This document shows positions 16,110 through 24,242 of a stretch of DNA of 24,957 nucleotides, in pieces. The notes beneath the pieces are model-generated. The model was not told the origin of the DNA, did not search any database, and was given only the letters and a program-made list of their open reading frames with translations. Position 1 is the stretch's first letter. The number at the start of each line of letters is the position of its first letter. The position numbers and the translations under genes were made by a program. The stretch is from an uncultured Pseudomonadales bacterium (GTDB taxonomy: Bacteria > Patescibacteriota > Microgenomatia > UBA1400 > RBG-16-45-19), in the NCBI GenBank assembly GCA_964630135.1, contig CAZVUJ010000001.1:1-24957 (forward strand), read 5' to 3'.

Positions 16110-17405
16110 TTAGGGGTGAATGGGTGAATTCATTTTTTTGGCGATATGTATTCCCGCTTCGACTGCAAAATTAGTTCCTCGATCCCAGGGGTACACATGT
16201 TGCATTGAGGACCAAAATAGTTTTCCCGGCCAGATTTCCTGCGGCGGTAACTGCTCGCTTTGATTAATCAAAGCGATGGGTTGGGCAAACGGAGTTTTGA
16301 ATAACCACATCCGACTCAGGTTTTTTTCAAATTGGGGTGATAATTGAGACAAATAGGGAGTGTATTTTTTGAGAAGCTGCTTTGCATCCAGTTGATACAT
16401 TTCACTCGTCGGCTCCAAATATTTACCCACATAGACAAGATGCTTGCCACCATAGTGCTTTGGGTCAACAAAATGAGTGTGCTCCACGACCGCTAATAGA
16501 GGCCAGGCTTCATTAATATTAAGCCAGTAGGTCTTATCGGAGAAAAAAGGTTTCTCTAACTCGAGGATTAACGTCGCCGCTCCTAGACCTTTGAGTTGTG
16601 TTAATTTTTTGAGAAAAGTTTGAGGCAGATCGGGCACTAGTTTCACTAAAACTGGCGAAGGTGCGGCTACGAGGACTTTGGAGCTCGACAGGTTTTTACT
16701 TTTGTTATTGAAAGCGTAGGCAATGTTGAGGTCTTTCCCTTTTTTCTGAATACTTTTAACTGTAGCACTAAAGATAACCTCCACTCCTGCCTGCTGTAAC
16801 ACGTCAACCATTGCTTCGGCTAAGGCCAGAAAACCCCCTTTGAAATATCCAAGTTGCTTGGTTCTGGCTTGAATCCGAGCCCAAAACCAGGCCGCATTAA
16901 CCTGGTCAGAATAATCACCGAATTTACCCATAAAGAGCGGTTGCCAGATTTTTTGCCACGCTTCTTGACCTGCGTTTCGCCGCAACCATTCCTGAGCTGT
17001 TACTTTCTCCAGATTCTGCCACTGTGGATTAAAGCGTAAATAAGCCAAACTAGCAGCTAAGCGTAATCTGCTTGGCACTGACAAAATCGGCAACTGCAAA
17101 AGGCTTAAGGGTGAGTCTAATTGATAGCGTTTCTCTTGATACAACACCATGGACTTGGTTTCCGACATAGTCACGAGCGACTCTAATCCCATGTCTGCCA
17201 CCAAACCCAACATGGCTTTGTCTGACGCAAAAATGTGATGGTAATGATACTCAAGCGGCCATTCCCAACCATCGGCTTTGAATCCTGCCGCCAATCCACC
17301 CGGTTGATGACTGTATTCAAGCAACGTTACTTTGTGTCCAGCCTTGCTCAATTGCCAGGCCGCTGCAATGCCGGTAAAGCCAGCACCAATAACAACGATA
17401 TCCAT
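16110..17405 (-). CDS. FAD-dependent oxidoreductase, amine oxidase/protoporphyrinogen-oxidase superfamily (PRK07233-like)
   Basis: IVVIGAGFTGIAAA, PGGLA, EYHYHHIF, LGYFKGG, VVEHTHF, FAQP, VYPWDRGTNFAV. Confidence 0.85.
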   Translation of the reverse strand: MDIVVIGAGFTGIAAAWQLSKAGHKVTLLEYSHQPGGLAAGFKADGWEWPLEYHYHHIFASDKAMLGLVADMGLESLVTMSETKSMVLYQEKRYQLDSPLSLLQLPILSVPSRLRLAASLAYLRFNPQWQNLEKVTAQEWLRRNAGQEAWQKIWQPLFMGKFGDYSDQVNAAWFWARIQARTKQLGYFKGGFLALAEAMVDVLQQAGVEVIFSATVKSIQKKGKDLNIAYAFNNKSKNLSSSKVLVAAPSPVLVKLVPDLPQTFLKKLTQLKGLGAATLILELEKPFFSDKTYWLNINEAWPLLAVVEHTHFVDPKHYGGKHLVYVGKYLEPTSEMYQLDAKQLLKKYTPYLSQLSPQFEKNLSRMWLFKTPFAQPIALINQSEQLPPQEIWPGKLFWSSMQHVYPWDRGTNFAVEAGIHIAKKMNSPIHP

Positions 17406-17429
17406 AGACTCTCTATTTCTAACCTTGTT

Positions 17430-18155
17430 TTAGTGTATATGAAGTGTTTGACGCTTCATTGACAGATATAAGCGGAAAGCCTCATATAATGCTCGTGCTA
17501 TGACCTTAGGATTATTGCCGGATGGCTGACCATATCTTCGAGGTAAATGCTTAACCGGAAGTTGCGCAACCTCAACATGCTTCTTTTTTAAGCGGTACAG
17601 AATTTCGGCACTAATCATGGCACCAGTAGATTGCAAGGGTAGTGATTGGATAAGCTCTCTCTTGACTAACTTAAAGGCACAATCAATATCTTTGACATGC
17701 ACTCGAAACAACACATCAATAAAAAACTTGAACATGCGCGCATTCAGAGCACGCAACGAACCCTCAGCACGATTCGTGCGATAGCCAATCACGACTTGGT
17801 AGTTTTGGGCAAGCGGCACAAATTCTTTGAGCTGGTTGAGGTCAAACTGCCCATCGCCATCGGTAAAAAAGACCCAGTCGCACCGGGCATGTGCCAAGCC
17901 ACTGCGCAACGACATGCCATACCCCAGATTTCGCTTATGCTCTACTAACCGAACCTGGGGATCGCTTTTTGCCACAGCTTTGACTACCGCGGCAGTAGCA
18001 TCCTGGCTGCCATCATTCACCACGATAATTTCGTGGTGGTGAGCCACTTGAGGAGCAAGCACTTGGGCTTGAGAAATAAGCGCACCAATATTTTTTTCTT
18101 CGTTATAACAAGGGAAAAAAATGGACAAACTCGGTAAAAGAGCGGCTGATTTCAT
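17430..18155 (-). CDS. Glycosyltransferase family 2, DPM1/GtrB-like polyprenyl-phosphate glycosyltransferase
   Basis: FFPCYNEE, VVNDGSQD, NLGYG, FTDGDGQ (DxD), VVIGYR, DIDCAFK, ISAEIL, RRYG.S; no C-terminal TM pair. Confidence 0.9.
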   Translation of the reverse strand: MKSAALLPSLSIFFPCYNEEKNIGALISQAQVLAPQVAHHHEIIVVNDGSQDATAAVVKAVAKSDPQVRLVEHKRNLGYGMSLRSGLAHARCDWVFFTDGDGQFDLNQLKEFVPLAQNYQVVIGYRTNRAEGSLRALNARMFKFFIDVLFRVHVKDIDCAFKLVKRELIQSLPLQSTGAMISAEILYRLKKKHVEVAQLPVKHLPRRYGQPSGNNPKVIARALYEAFRLYLSMKRQTLHIH

Positions 18156-18394
18156 CAGTGTAGTCTAGCATAATTGGCGATCACCAAAACGGTCAGCACT
18201 CCCGCCGCCATAGCCAGCACACCTAACATAGCCATAAGTATGGGACTCATCGTTTCGCTGCTTTGTGATGAAGTCGGGGGCAAGGCAGGTGACGTTTTTT
18301 GAGGCTTGAGGAGAGGTTTGTGCGCCAGCGGGCTTTCTTCGATCTGGGCTAGCATCTCGGGAGAAATAGGGGCAGAAGATAGGTGGTTGGTCAT
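18155..18394 (-). CDS. Small Pro/Ser-rich protein with C-terminal TM (79 aa)
   Basis: Its TGA overlaps the GT2 ATG (TGATG); hydrophobic ILMAMLGVLAMAAGVLTVLVIA. Confidence 0.6.
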   Translation of the reverse strand: MTNHLSSAPISPEMLAQIEESPLAHKPLLKPQKTSPALPPTSSQSSETMSPILMAMLGVLAMAAGVLTVLVIANYARLH

Positions 18395-18453
18395 AACAGA
18401 ACTAGAGCTACTACGACTTCAGGGCTAGCTGGGCGCATGGTAACGCAAACAAC

Positions 18454-19188
18454 TTATAAAACAAGTAAGCCGACCAAGCCTGCTAAAAGGATGATGGTGC
18501 CCATACTTAAAAGCACTAGGGTAGGCATGTCGGATCCTGCTTGAGGTAAAGTTGGCACAGTGGGTGATGGGTTAAGGCCACAGGTGCAATCGGTTTCAGC
18601 AGAACACGAAGCATTGCGGCACATGCCTCCTTGACAGACGTTGGTGCCGGAACAATCTTCGTCATTCGTGCAACTGCCGTTACAGGCAACCAGAGTACTG
18701 GCAGGAGTTGTTGGCCGCGGAGTAGATGTGAGGGCACTAGTGGGTCCATTGGTGGGCGAAGGTGTCGATGTGGCCACGGGTGTTAAAGACGGGGTGACGC
18801 TCACTTGTCCGGTTGGACTGGGCGTTGGACTTACATCAGGACATAAGCAATCAACGTCGCTCGTGCAAGTTGGATTGCGGCACACTCCCGTTGTTTGACC
18901 TGGGGCAATCAAGCAGGACATGCCTGTTTCGCAATCTGCGTCCTCATTACACCAAGCATCACAACTGCTTTTGGCAACGTCAAAACTAGCAGTGCACACT
19001 AATTGAGGTGTCGGAGTTGGCGATGGATTCTCAACTGCCTTGGGAATGCTTTGGGGCGCGTTGGGGGTGATAGGCACGGTGGCCACTTGACGCAGCTTCC
19101 AGGCAGTGGCAATGGCCACCACACTCAAAACTAAGGTCATAGCAGTGATTAACACGATTAAGATGGCTTTTTTGCGATCTGTTGGCAT
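18454..19188 (-). CDS. Surface protein with two 8-Cys modules, Thr/Pro linker and LPQAG + TM C-terminus
   Basis: N-terminal RKK + TM; Cys modules at 18963-18841 and 18684-18580; LPQAG at 18549-18535 followed by a hydrophobic tail. ATG 19188 lies 5 nt after the upstream stop. Confidence 0.8.
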   Translation of the reverse strand: MPTDRKKAILIVLITAMTLVLSVVAIATAWKLRQVATVPITPNAPQSIPKAVENPSPTPTPQLVCTASFDVAKSSCDAWCNEDADCETGMSCLIAPGQTTGVCRNPTCTSDVDCLCPDVSPTPSPTGQVSVTPSLTPVATSTPSPTNGPTSALTSTPRPTTPASTLVACNGSCTNDEDCSGTNVCQGGMCRNASCSAETDCTCGLNPSPTVPTLPQAGSDMPTLVLLSMGTIILLAGLVGLLVL

Positions 19189-19193
19189 ATAGG

Positions 19194-21692
19194 TTACCTT
19201 GCTATCCCCCAAGTAGTGCAGGTAGTGGCTGCAGCATCTTCACAAGCTCGACATTCAACTTTGTAAGCACCACTACTGGTCAGAGTCAGTTTGGCGGTGT
19301 TGGGATTGGCAGCCTCGGGAGTCAAAGACACATAGGTGCCGCTAGCGATCGCGTATCTAAATTCATATTTGGCTACCGGGGCAGGTGCCGCAGCACACGT
19401 AAACGTCACCACGTCCCCCAGTTTGGGCGCAGCCGGCGTTTTAGTGAGGCTCGTACAAGCCAGGGTTTCGGGGGTTGGGGCTGGCGCACAGGTTTGGGAT
19501 GAGGGATTACTAGCCAGGCGGCACTGTCCCTCAAACCAGTCGCCATCATGCGTATATACTTTGCCCCCGCGCACAAAACTTTGCACTTCACTCGTTTGCT
19601 CGGATATGCCACTCGCACAGGTTATATCTCCTTGCCCCACTCCATCAAACTGGGTCGTCACTTCTTCCCAGGCAGACCAGCCATCACGACTATCCCTGCG
19701 ATAGACTTTGCCGCCTTTCACCAAAAACTGAGCCTCGTATAATCCATCCTTCAGATACACATTGAACCCGTTTATCTGACCAGAACCGACCTCATCAACG
19801 TTACTGGTCACTTCTTCCCAAGCAGTTTGCCAGGCATTCCCCTCAACTTTCCGGTACCAAATTTTTCCCTCTCTCACTATATGCTGCTGTGTGTGACCAT
19901 CTTGACCAATAAAACTGGAAAAACTGGTTACAACCCCTGTTCCGGCACTACTGACGTTAGCAGTGACGTCTGACCAGTTTGTCCAGGTATTATTAGTAAA
20001 CGATCGGGACCAGATTTTTCCGCCACGCACTAGATGCTGGTCCTTAGTAGGATTGTTACTGGAATTGAAACAAGCAATCGTTCCGGCACCCACTGCCGAA
20101 TATGAGGTGGTAGTTTCTGACCAATCAGCGGTAACTTGGTTTCTAACACACGCGTAGGTACTATTCATTGAGGTGCAACGGTCGTTGGATGAGCAGGTAG
20201 TATTGCAGGCGTTTTGACACCCCATCACCCGGACAAAGCCAGCACCCACGACTAAGTCTGTGGCACAGGCAGCATTGTCAAAATCCACCACACCCATGTC
20301 AATCTGATAGAGGCCGCATTCGTTATTGTTAGGCGTCCACAAACCGGTTAAGGTTTTGGTTTCATTCGCTCCTAAACTGAAATTCATATTGCCGCTATTA
20401 AAGACCGTTTCCTGCACGTCACCGTTATTGCGATGATTTACTTCTAAGGTTGCTTCGTCTAAAGGTGACTGCGCATTGACCGCTGTGCCTCGGGGGGATT
20501 CAGTTACTTTTTGAGCAAAAAAGTGATATTGATCGTTTAAGGGAGTGGAGGTTGTGTTAGTTACTTGAACCGAAAAACTTACGCCTTCATTTTTGGACAC
20601 ATCATAATATTTGGTGGCGTCACTCACCGTTGCGCTGGCCGGTCGGTAGTTGAATAAACCTGATTGATTAGCCGAACTTTGCCCGGGTGGCACGGCAATT
20701 CCTTTGGGACTGACGCAGGCATTTTGTCCGACAAACCCTGCTTTTGATCGGTTATCAGTTGAGTCACCTTTATAGAGCTTGTAGCTCAATAATCCACCTC
20801 CAGCTGCTCCTATCACTACTAATAACGTTAATAAACCCACAATCCACGGTTTCTTGCTACTTTTAGTTTTAGCTGGCGAGTCTTTAAGTAGTTTTTTTGC
20901 TTTTTCTTCAAGTTCCTGTTGGCTTAACGCAGTAGCTTCTCGAGGTTTTAACGTACTTGCCACTGGCGGGTTACTTTCTAGTGGTATACCCGAGTTTGGC
21001 GACGGCATTGGTGTAAAAGCAGGTTTGGGCGTCTCCATAACTTTAGACGCTGGCATGATGTCATGTTCGGTGAGGCTAGGAGGTTTACTTTGGGGTGCGT
21101 CTACCGGAATATGATTTTCAGTTACTTTGGGCATTGCTAGACCAACGTTAGGCTTTGTTTGTGTGAGTGCGTCGAGGGGGTTAATCACAGGCTTTTGAGC
21201 CAGCGGATTAGTCGCTGCTGATACTGCACCAAGACCCAAGGGAGCAGTAGTGCCGACAGGAGTTAGCTTATGTGTCGCTGGCTCAGGCTGACTGGTAATC
21301 AACGAGTCGAGTGGATTATGAGTCGTGCCGGCACTCGGTTGGGCTTCGGCAGGATCGGGCATGGGCATAGGGGCGGGAGTTGACTGAGGCGTATTCGCTA
21401 CAGCATTCGAGGGGGCGAAAGGTGAGGCACTTGATGAGTGTGGCAAAGAAGATCTAGGCGAACCAGCAGGCGTGCTCGTCTGTACTGCATCTGAGATAAG
21501 CTCATCCAATGGGTTATGAGGCGAGTTCACCGGCGAAGCAGGCTGCGAAGAACTCCCGACAGCTGGCTCAGGAATAGGCGGCAGGGAAGACAACCCAGGT
21601 GTGTTAGGAGCAGCATTAACACCTTGAGCCGGTTGCTCAGCAACCGGATTGGGTGAAGTTTGGACTAGTTCATCAAGTGGATTATTTGCCAT
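19194..21692 (-). CDS. Large type II membrane surface protein (832 aa): disordered Pro/Ser/Thr N-terminus, TM, Ig-like region, Cys module with Trp-rich repeat insert, C-terminal Ig-like domain
   Basis: TM WIVGLLTLLVVIGAAGGGLLSY after a Lys-rich stretch; four ~50 aa repeats ending VRGGKIW/VREGKIW/VKGGKVY/VRGGKVY; terminal VTFTC...YKVECRAC...CTTW. Confidence 0.85.
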   Translation of the reverse strand: MANNPLDELVQTSPNPVAEQPAQGVNAAPNTPGLSSLPPIPEPAVGSSSQPASPVNSPHNPLDELISDAVQTSTPAGSPRSSLPHSSSASPFAPSNAVANTPQSTPAPMPMPDPAEAQPSAGTTHNPLDSLITSQPEPATHKLTPVGTTAPLGLGAVSAATNPLAQKPVINPLDALTQTKPNVGLAMPKVTENHIPVDAPQSKPPSLTEHDIMPASKVMETPKPAFTPMPSPNSGIPLESNPPVASTLKPREATALSQQELEEKAKKLLKDSPAKTKSSKKPWIVGLLTLLVVIGAAGGGLLSYKLYKGDSTDNRSKAGFVGQNACVSPKGIAVPPGQSSANQSGLFNYRPASATVSDATKYYDVSKNEGVSFSVQVTNTTSTPLNDQYHFFAQKVTESPRGTAVNAQSPLDEATLEVNHRNNGDVQETVFNSGNMNFSLGANETKTLTGLWTPNNNECGLYQIDMGVVDFDNAACATDLVVGAGFVRVMGCQNACNTTCSSNDRCTSMNSTYACVRNQVTADWSETTTSYSAVGAGTIACFNSSNNPTKDQHLVRGGKIWSRSFTNNTWTNWSDVTANVSSAGTGVVTSFSSFIGQDGHTQQHIVREGKIWYRKVEGNAWQTAWEEVTSNVDEVGSGQINGFNVYLKDGLYEAQFLVKGGKVYRRDSRDGWSAWEEVTTQFDGVGQGDITCASGISEQTSEVQSFVRGGKVYTHDGDWFEGQCRLASNPSSQTCAPAPTPETLACTSLTKTPAAPKLGDVVTFTCAAAPAPVAKYEFRYAIASGTYVSLTPEAANPNTAKLTLTSSGAYKVECRACEDAAATTCTTWGIAR

Positions 21693-21752
21693 TGATACCT
21701 ATGGGCTACGCTACACAAGAGTAATTCTCTGCAAAAAATAGCAGACATATCC

Positions 21753-21782
21753 ATGGTAAAGTCTTGACGCTAAGAATGTCAA
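21753..21782 (-). promoter_or_regulatory. Sigma70-type promoter for the surface-protein/glycosylation run
   Basis: Minus strand TTGACA (21782-21777), 18 bp spacer, TACCAT (21758-21753), 60 nt ahead of ATG 21692. Confidence 0.6.
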
Positions 21783-21786
21783 TAAA

Positions 21787-21794
21787 CACATCTT
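21787..21794. repeat. Left target-site duplication CACATCTT
   Basis: Identical to 22670-22677 and abuts the left TIR. Confidence 0.92.
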
Positions 21795-22669
21795 GGGTAT
21801 TCAAAACAGCTTGTCCCAGGTTTGCAGGAAAGGATGCAGACTATGGACATGTATACACTCAAGCAGGTGCCCTCCGAAGCACAGATTCGGAAGTTTCTTA
21901 AGAAAACCATATACGGGAGTAATGTGTATTGTCCTTGGTGTAGATCTAGAAAAGTGAGAAGTGAGAGCAATCGCTACAAATGTCGTTCATGTCGATCACG
22001 ATTCTCTTTAACATCTCACACTTGGCTTAATAACTTGAAGTTACCGCTTGAGACATGGTGGATGGTTTTATGGTGTTGGACAACACAGATTCCCGTAAAG
22101 CAAACCATGTCGTTAACGAGTCTGTCTGAAGTAACCATTAGACACTGGTTTGAAGCCTTCAGAACTAATCTCCCTGAAGAAGAAACCATTTTGGATCACC
22201 TTGTCCAATTAGATGAAGCCTACTTTGGGGGGAAGCACAAACCAACGACCTTATTCATGGCTAAACAAGTCAGTTCCTTAGGTGAAAGAAAACTCGCCTA
22301 CCAACTTATACAAGGTAACTATCCGAAGAGAGAACATGCTTGGTGGTTTGTCCAAGAACATATTAAGCCATATGCAGCATTATTCACCGACGGTGCTGGT
22401 ATTTACCATAAGATAGATGATTGGTGGCCGGTGTATCACACCATGGATATTCATAAGAAGTTTGAGTTTGAACAAACATCAGAAATTGAAGGGATGTTTG
22501 GGTGCTTACGAACATTCATTAGAAGGATGTATCATCACGCTACTATGGACAAGCTACCTTCCATTGTGGGTGAATTCTGTTACCGATTTTCACACCCAGA
22601 AATGTTTGAAAATCCGCGATACTACATACAAAAATCAGTTAGACTTGGGACAAGTCGTTAAGAATACCC
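21795..22669 (+). mobile_element. Complete IS1595-family insertion sequence, 875 bp
   Basis: TIRs GGGTATTCAAAACAGCTTGTCCCA (21795-21818) and, reverse-complemented, GGGTATTCTTAACGACTTGTCCCA (22646-22669), 20/24 identical; 8 bp direct repeats; intact transposase. Confidence 0.93.
21843..22661 (+). CDS. IS1595-family (ISXO2-like DDE) transposase with N-terminal Zn ribbon
   Basis: CPWC...CRSC Zn ribbon, QLDEAYFGG, LFTDG, SEIEGMF...FIRRMYHH. Start chosen from AAGGA at 21830-21834 (21834 or 21849 also possible); stop lies inside the right TIR. Confidence 0.92.
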   Translation: MDMYTLKQVPSEAQIRKFLKKTIYGSNVYCPWCRSRKVRSESNRYKCRSCRSRFSLTSHTWLNNLKLPLETWWMVLWCWTTQIPVKQTMSLTSLSEVTIRHWFEAFRTNLPEEETILDHLVQLDEAYFGGKHKPTTLFMAKQVSSLGERKLAYQLIQGNYPKREHAWWFVQEHIKPYAALFTDGAGIYHKIDDWWPVYHTMDIHKKFEFEQTSEIEGMFGCLRTFIRRMYHHATMDKLPSIVGEFCYRFSHPEMFENPRYYIQKSVRLGTSR

Positions 22670-22677
22670 CACATCTT
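22670..22677. repeat. Right target-site duplication CACATCTT
   Basis: Identical to 21787-21794 and abuts the right TIR. Confidence 0.92.
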
Positions 22678-22714
22678 AAAGAAATCTTGGAAAGAAACGA
22701 GGCCACTTCCGGCT

Positions 22715-24157
22715 TTAAGCAATCATGCCGTCTTGACTACCGATAAAATCCGTTTCATAAAACCACCGCTCTAACCACAATCTCAGTGGCTGCAATATTC
22801 CCATCCGCTCTACTACATGAAAGGTATAGGTAATATCCTCGATCAGCGGTTTTCCTTCAAGTAACACGCGTAGAGACATCGTCGAGGTGCCTACTTCTTG
22901 GGGAGCAGTTAGTTCAAACCACAGTTTAGTTGCATCCCCAGGTTCAATTGTGGCAATTTCACTTATGCTACTCACTAAGCCATCACGGTCACTTATTTCG
23001 AGTCTAAAGTTATTGGCATCCCAAATCGATTGACCGGCGTTGCGCAACCGAAATCCAACCCGATAGTGTGAATTACTAGCCAATGTTTCTGGCAAAAAAC
23101 TATCGATGATCTCGGCTTTATCGTCTTTTTGAGGAGCGCCTTTAATTTTTTCAATACCCTGATAGGCTGTGAAGTGAGCCAGCGGAGTGTCCCCTCTCAT
23201 CCAGCTAAAATGCTCAAAAGGCAGAGCGTTATAGCGCAAAATAAACGGTGTGACAGCTACAATATGGGGATCTGACCAAGCATTTTCCACCGCCTGCCTT
23301 AAATATTCTCCAATTAACTCGGGCTCTACACCTTCCTGGGTTGTTTCATTATGTATCCAGCCGGTTTCGGTGATAAACAGGGGTATAGTTGGACTCATAC
23401 CATAATCCGAGAGCAGATTTCTCTCCCAAACATAGCCCCAAATTGAATTCCTGCCTTTGCTTGTTGGCGGACTGGAAAAATTGGGATTGGGGTAGGCATG
23501 CACCGTCCAGCCATCAAATTGAGTGAAGTATTCGGGATTGGATTTGTAAACCGCGGCATAAAACGCTTCTGGATTAAGGCTTGAGGCATTTGAATCAGCT
23601 GAGATATCAACTCCGGCCGGCAACACAAAAAAATCATCCGACGTTTCTTTAAGGGCATCTCGATATGTTTTGGAAATTTGAGCATAATTCACCGGGTCGA
23701 TTGAACCTCCCCATTCTTTGGCATGATTCGGTTCATTAAAGAGGATCACGTAACGATTTTTTATCACCCAATTGAGGGCGTTGAGAAATTCTGCCCACCT
23801 GAGCGCATCTTCAGGCAGTGGCCGCACCCAAATTGCGCCCTCTGACCGCGTAGCAATCCTAACGATAGGAATAAGTTTTTTGCGACGCAATTCATCAAAA
23901 AAATACTGCCACTGCTCCGCATTCCGCTGATCTTCACGAATGACCACGGTGACATAGCCCCACTCGCCACCACTGCTATTGACCAATGCAGTGGCAGAAG
24001 GGATGTCGGAGACATCACTAATATGAATACCAATTTTATTATTTGGCGCTTCAAGCGGATCAACAAGTGCCCAAGTTTTTCTCGGTAAGGATAGAGGTAA
24101 CCCGCTCAATAGAAAGAGAGTAATAACAATTGATGGTATATATTTTACGTGTGTCAT
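22715..24157 (-). CDS. Secreted clan GH-A glycoside hydrolase (GH5/GH39-like TIM barrel) with C-terminal Ig-like domain
   Basis: Signal-like MTHVKYIPSIVITLFLLSG...TWA; ILFNEPN (acid/base Glu), WTVHAY, FITETGW (nucleophile Glu); C-terminal FRLRNAGQSIW Ig-like domain. Start could be 24166 or 24184. Confidence 0.8.
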   Translation of the reverse strand: MTHVKYIPSIVITLFLLSGLPLSLPRKTWALVDPLEAPNNKIGIHISDVSDIPSATALVNSSGGEWGYVTVVIREDQRNAEQWQYFFDELRRKKLIPIVRIATRSEGAIWVRPLPEDALRWAEFLNALNWVIKNRYVILFNEPNHAKEWGGSIDPVNYAQISKTYRDALKETSDDFFVLPAGVDISADSNASSLNPEAFYAAVYKSNPEYFTQFDGWTVHAYPNPNFSSPPTSKGRNSIWGYVWERNLLSDYGMSPTIPLFITETGWIHNETTQEGVEPELIGEYLRQAVENAWSDPHIVAVTPFILRYNALPFEHFSWMRGDTPLAHFTAYQGIEKIKGAPQKDDKAEIIDSFLPETLASNSHYRVGFRLRNAGQSIWDANNFRLEISDRDGLVSSISEIATIEPGDATKLWFELTAPQEVGTSTMSLRVLLEGKPLIEDITYTFHVVERMGILQPLRLWLERWFYETDFIGSQDGMIA

Positions 24158-24242
24158 ACTATTCATGCAGTGGCAGCCTAGCAAAATCTCGAGAGAGTAG
24201 CAAGTTTTTTTAGTGGTCTCTGCTGATGAGGATTAAGCACAC

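Noticed and set aside
18690-18840. Thr/Pro-rich linker (and similar tracts at 20950-21650 and 700-760) as DNA tandem repeats or phase-variation tracts
   Set aside because: Codons vary and no exact nucleotide periodicity is visible; low complexity is at the protein level.
21795-24184. GH gene as IS cargo or part of a composite transposon
   Set aside because: The TSD closes directly on both TIRs of the 875 bp element and no second IS copy is in the window.
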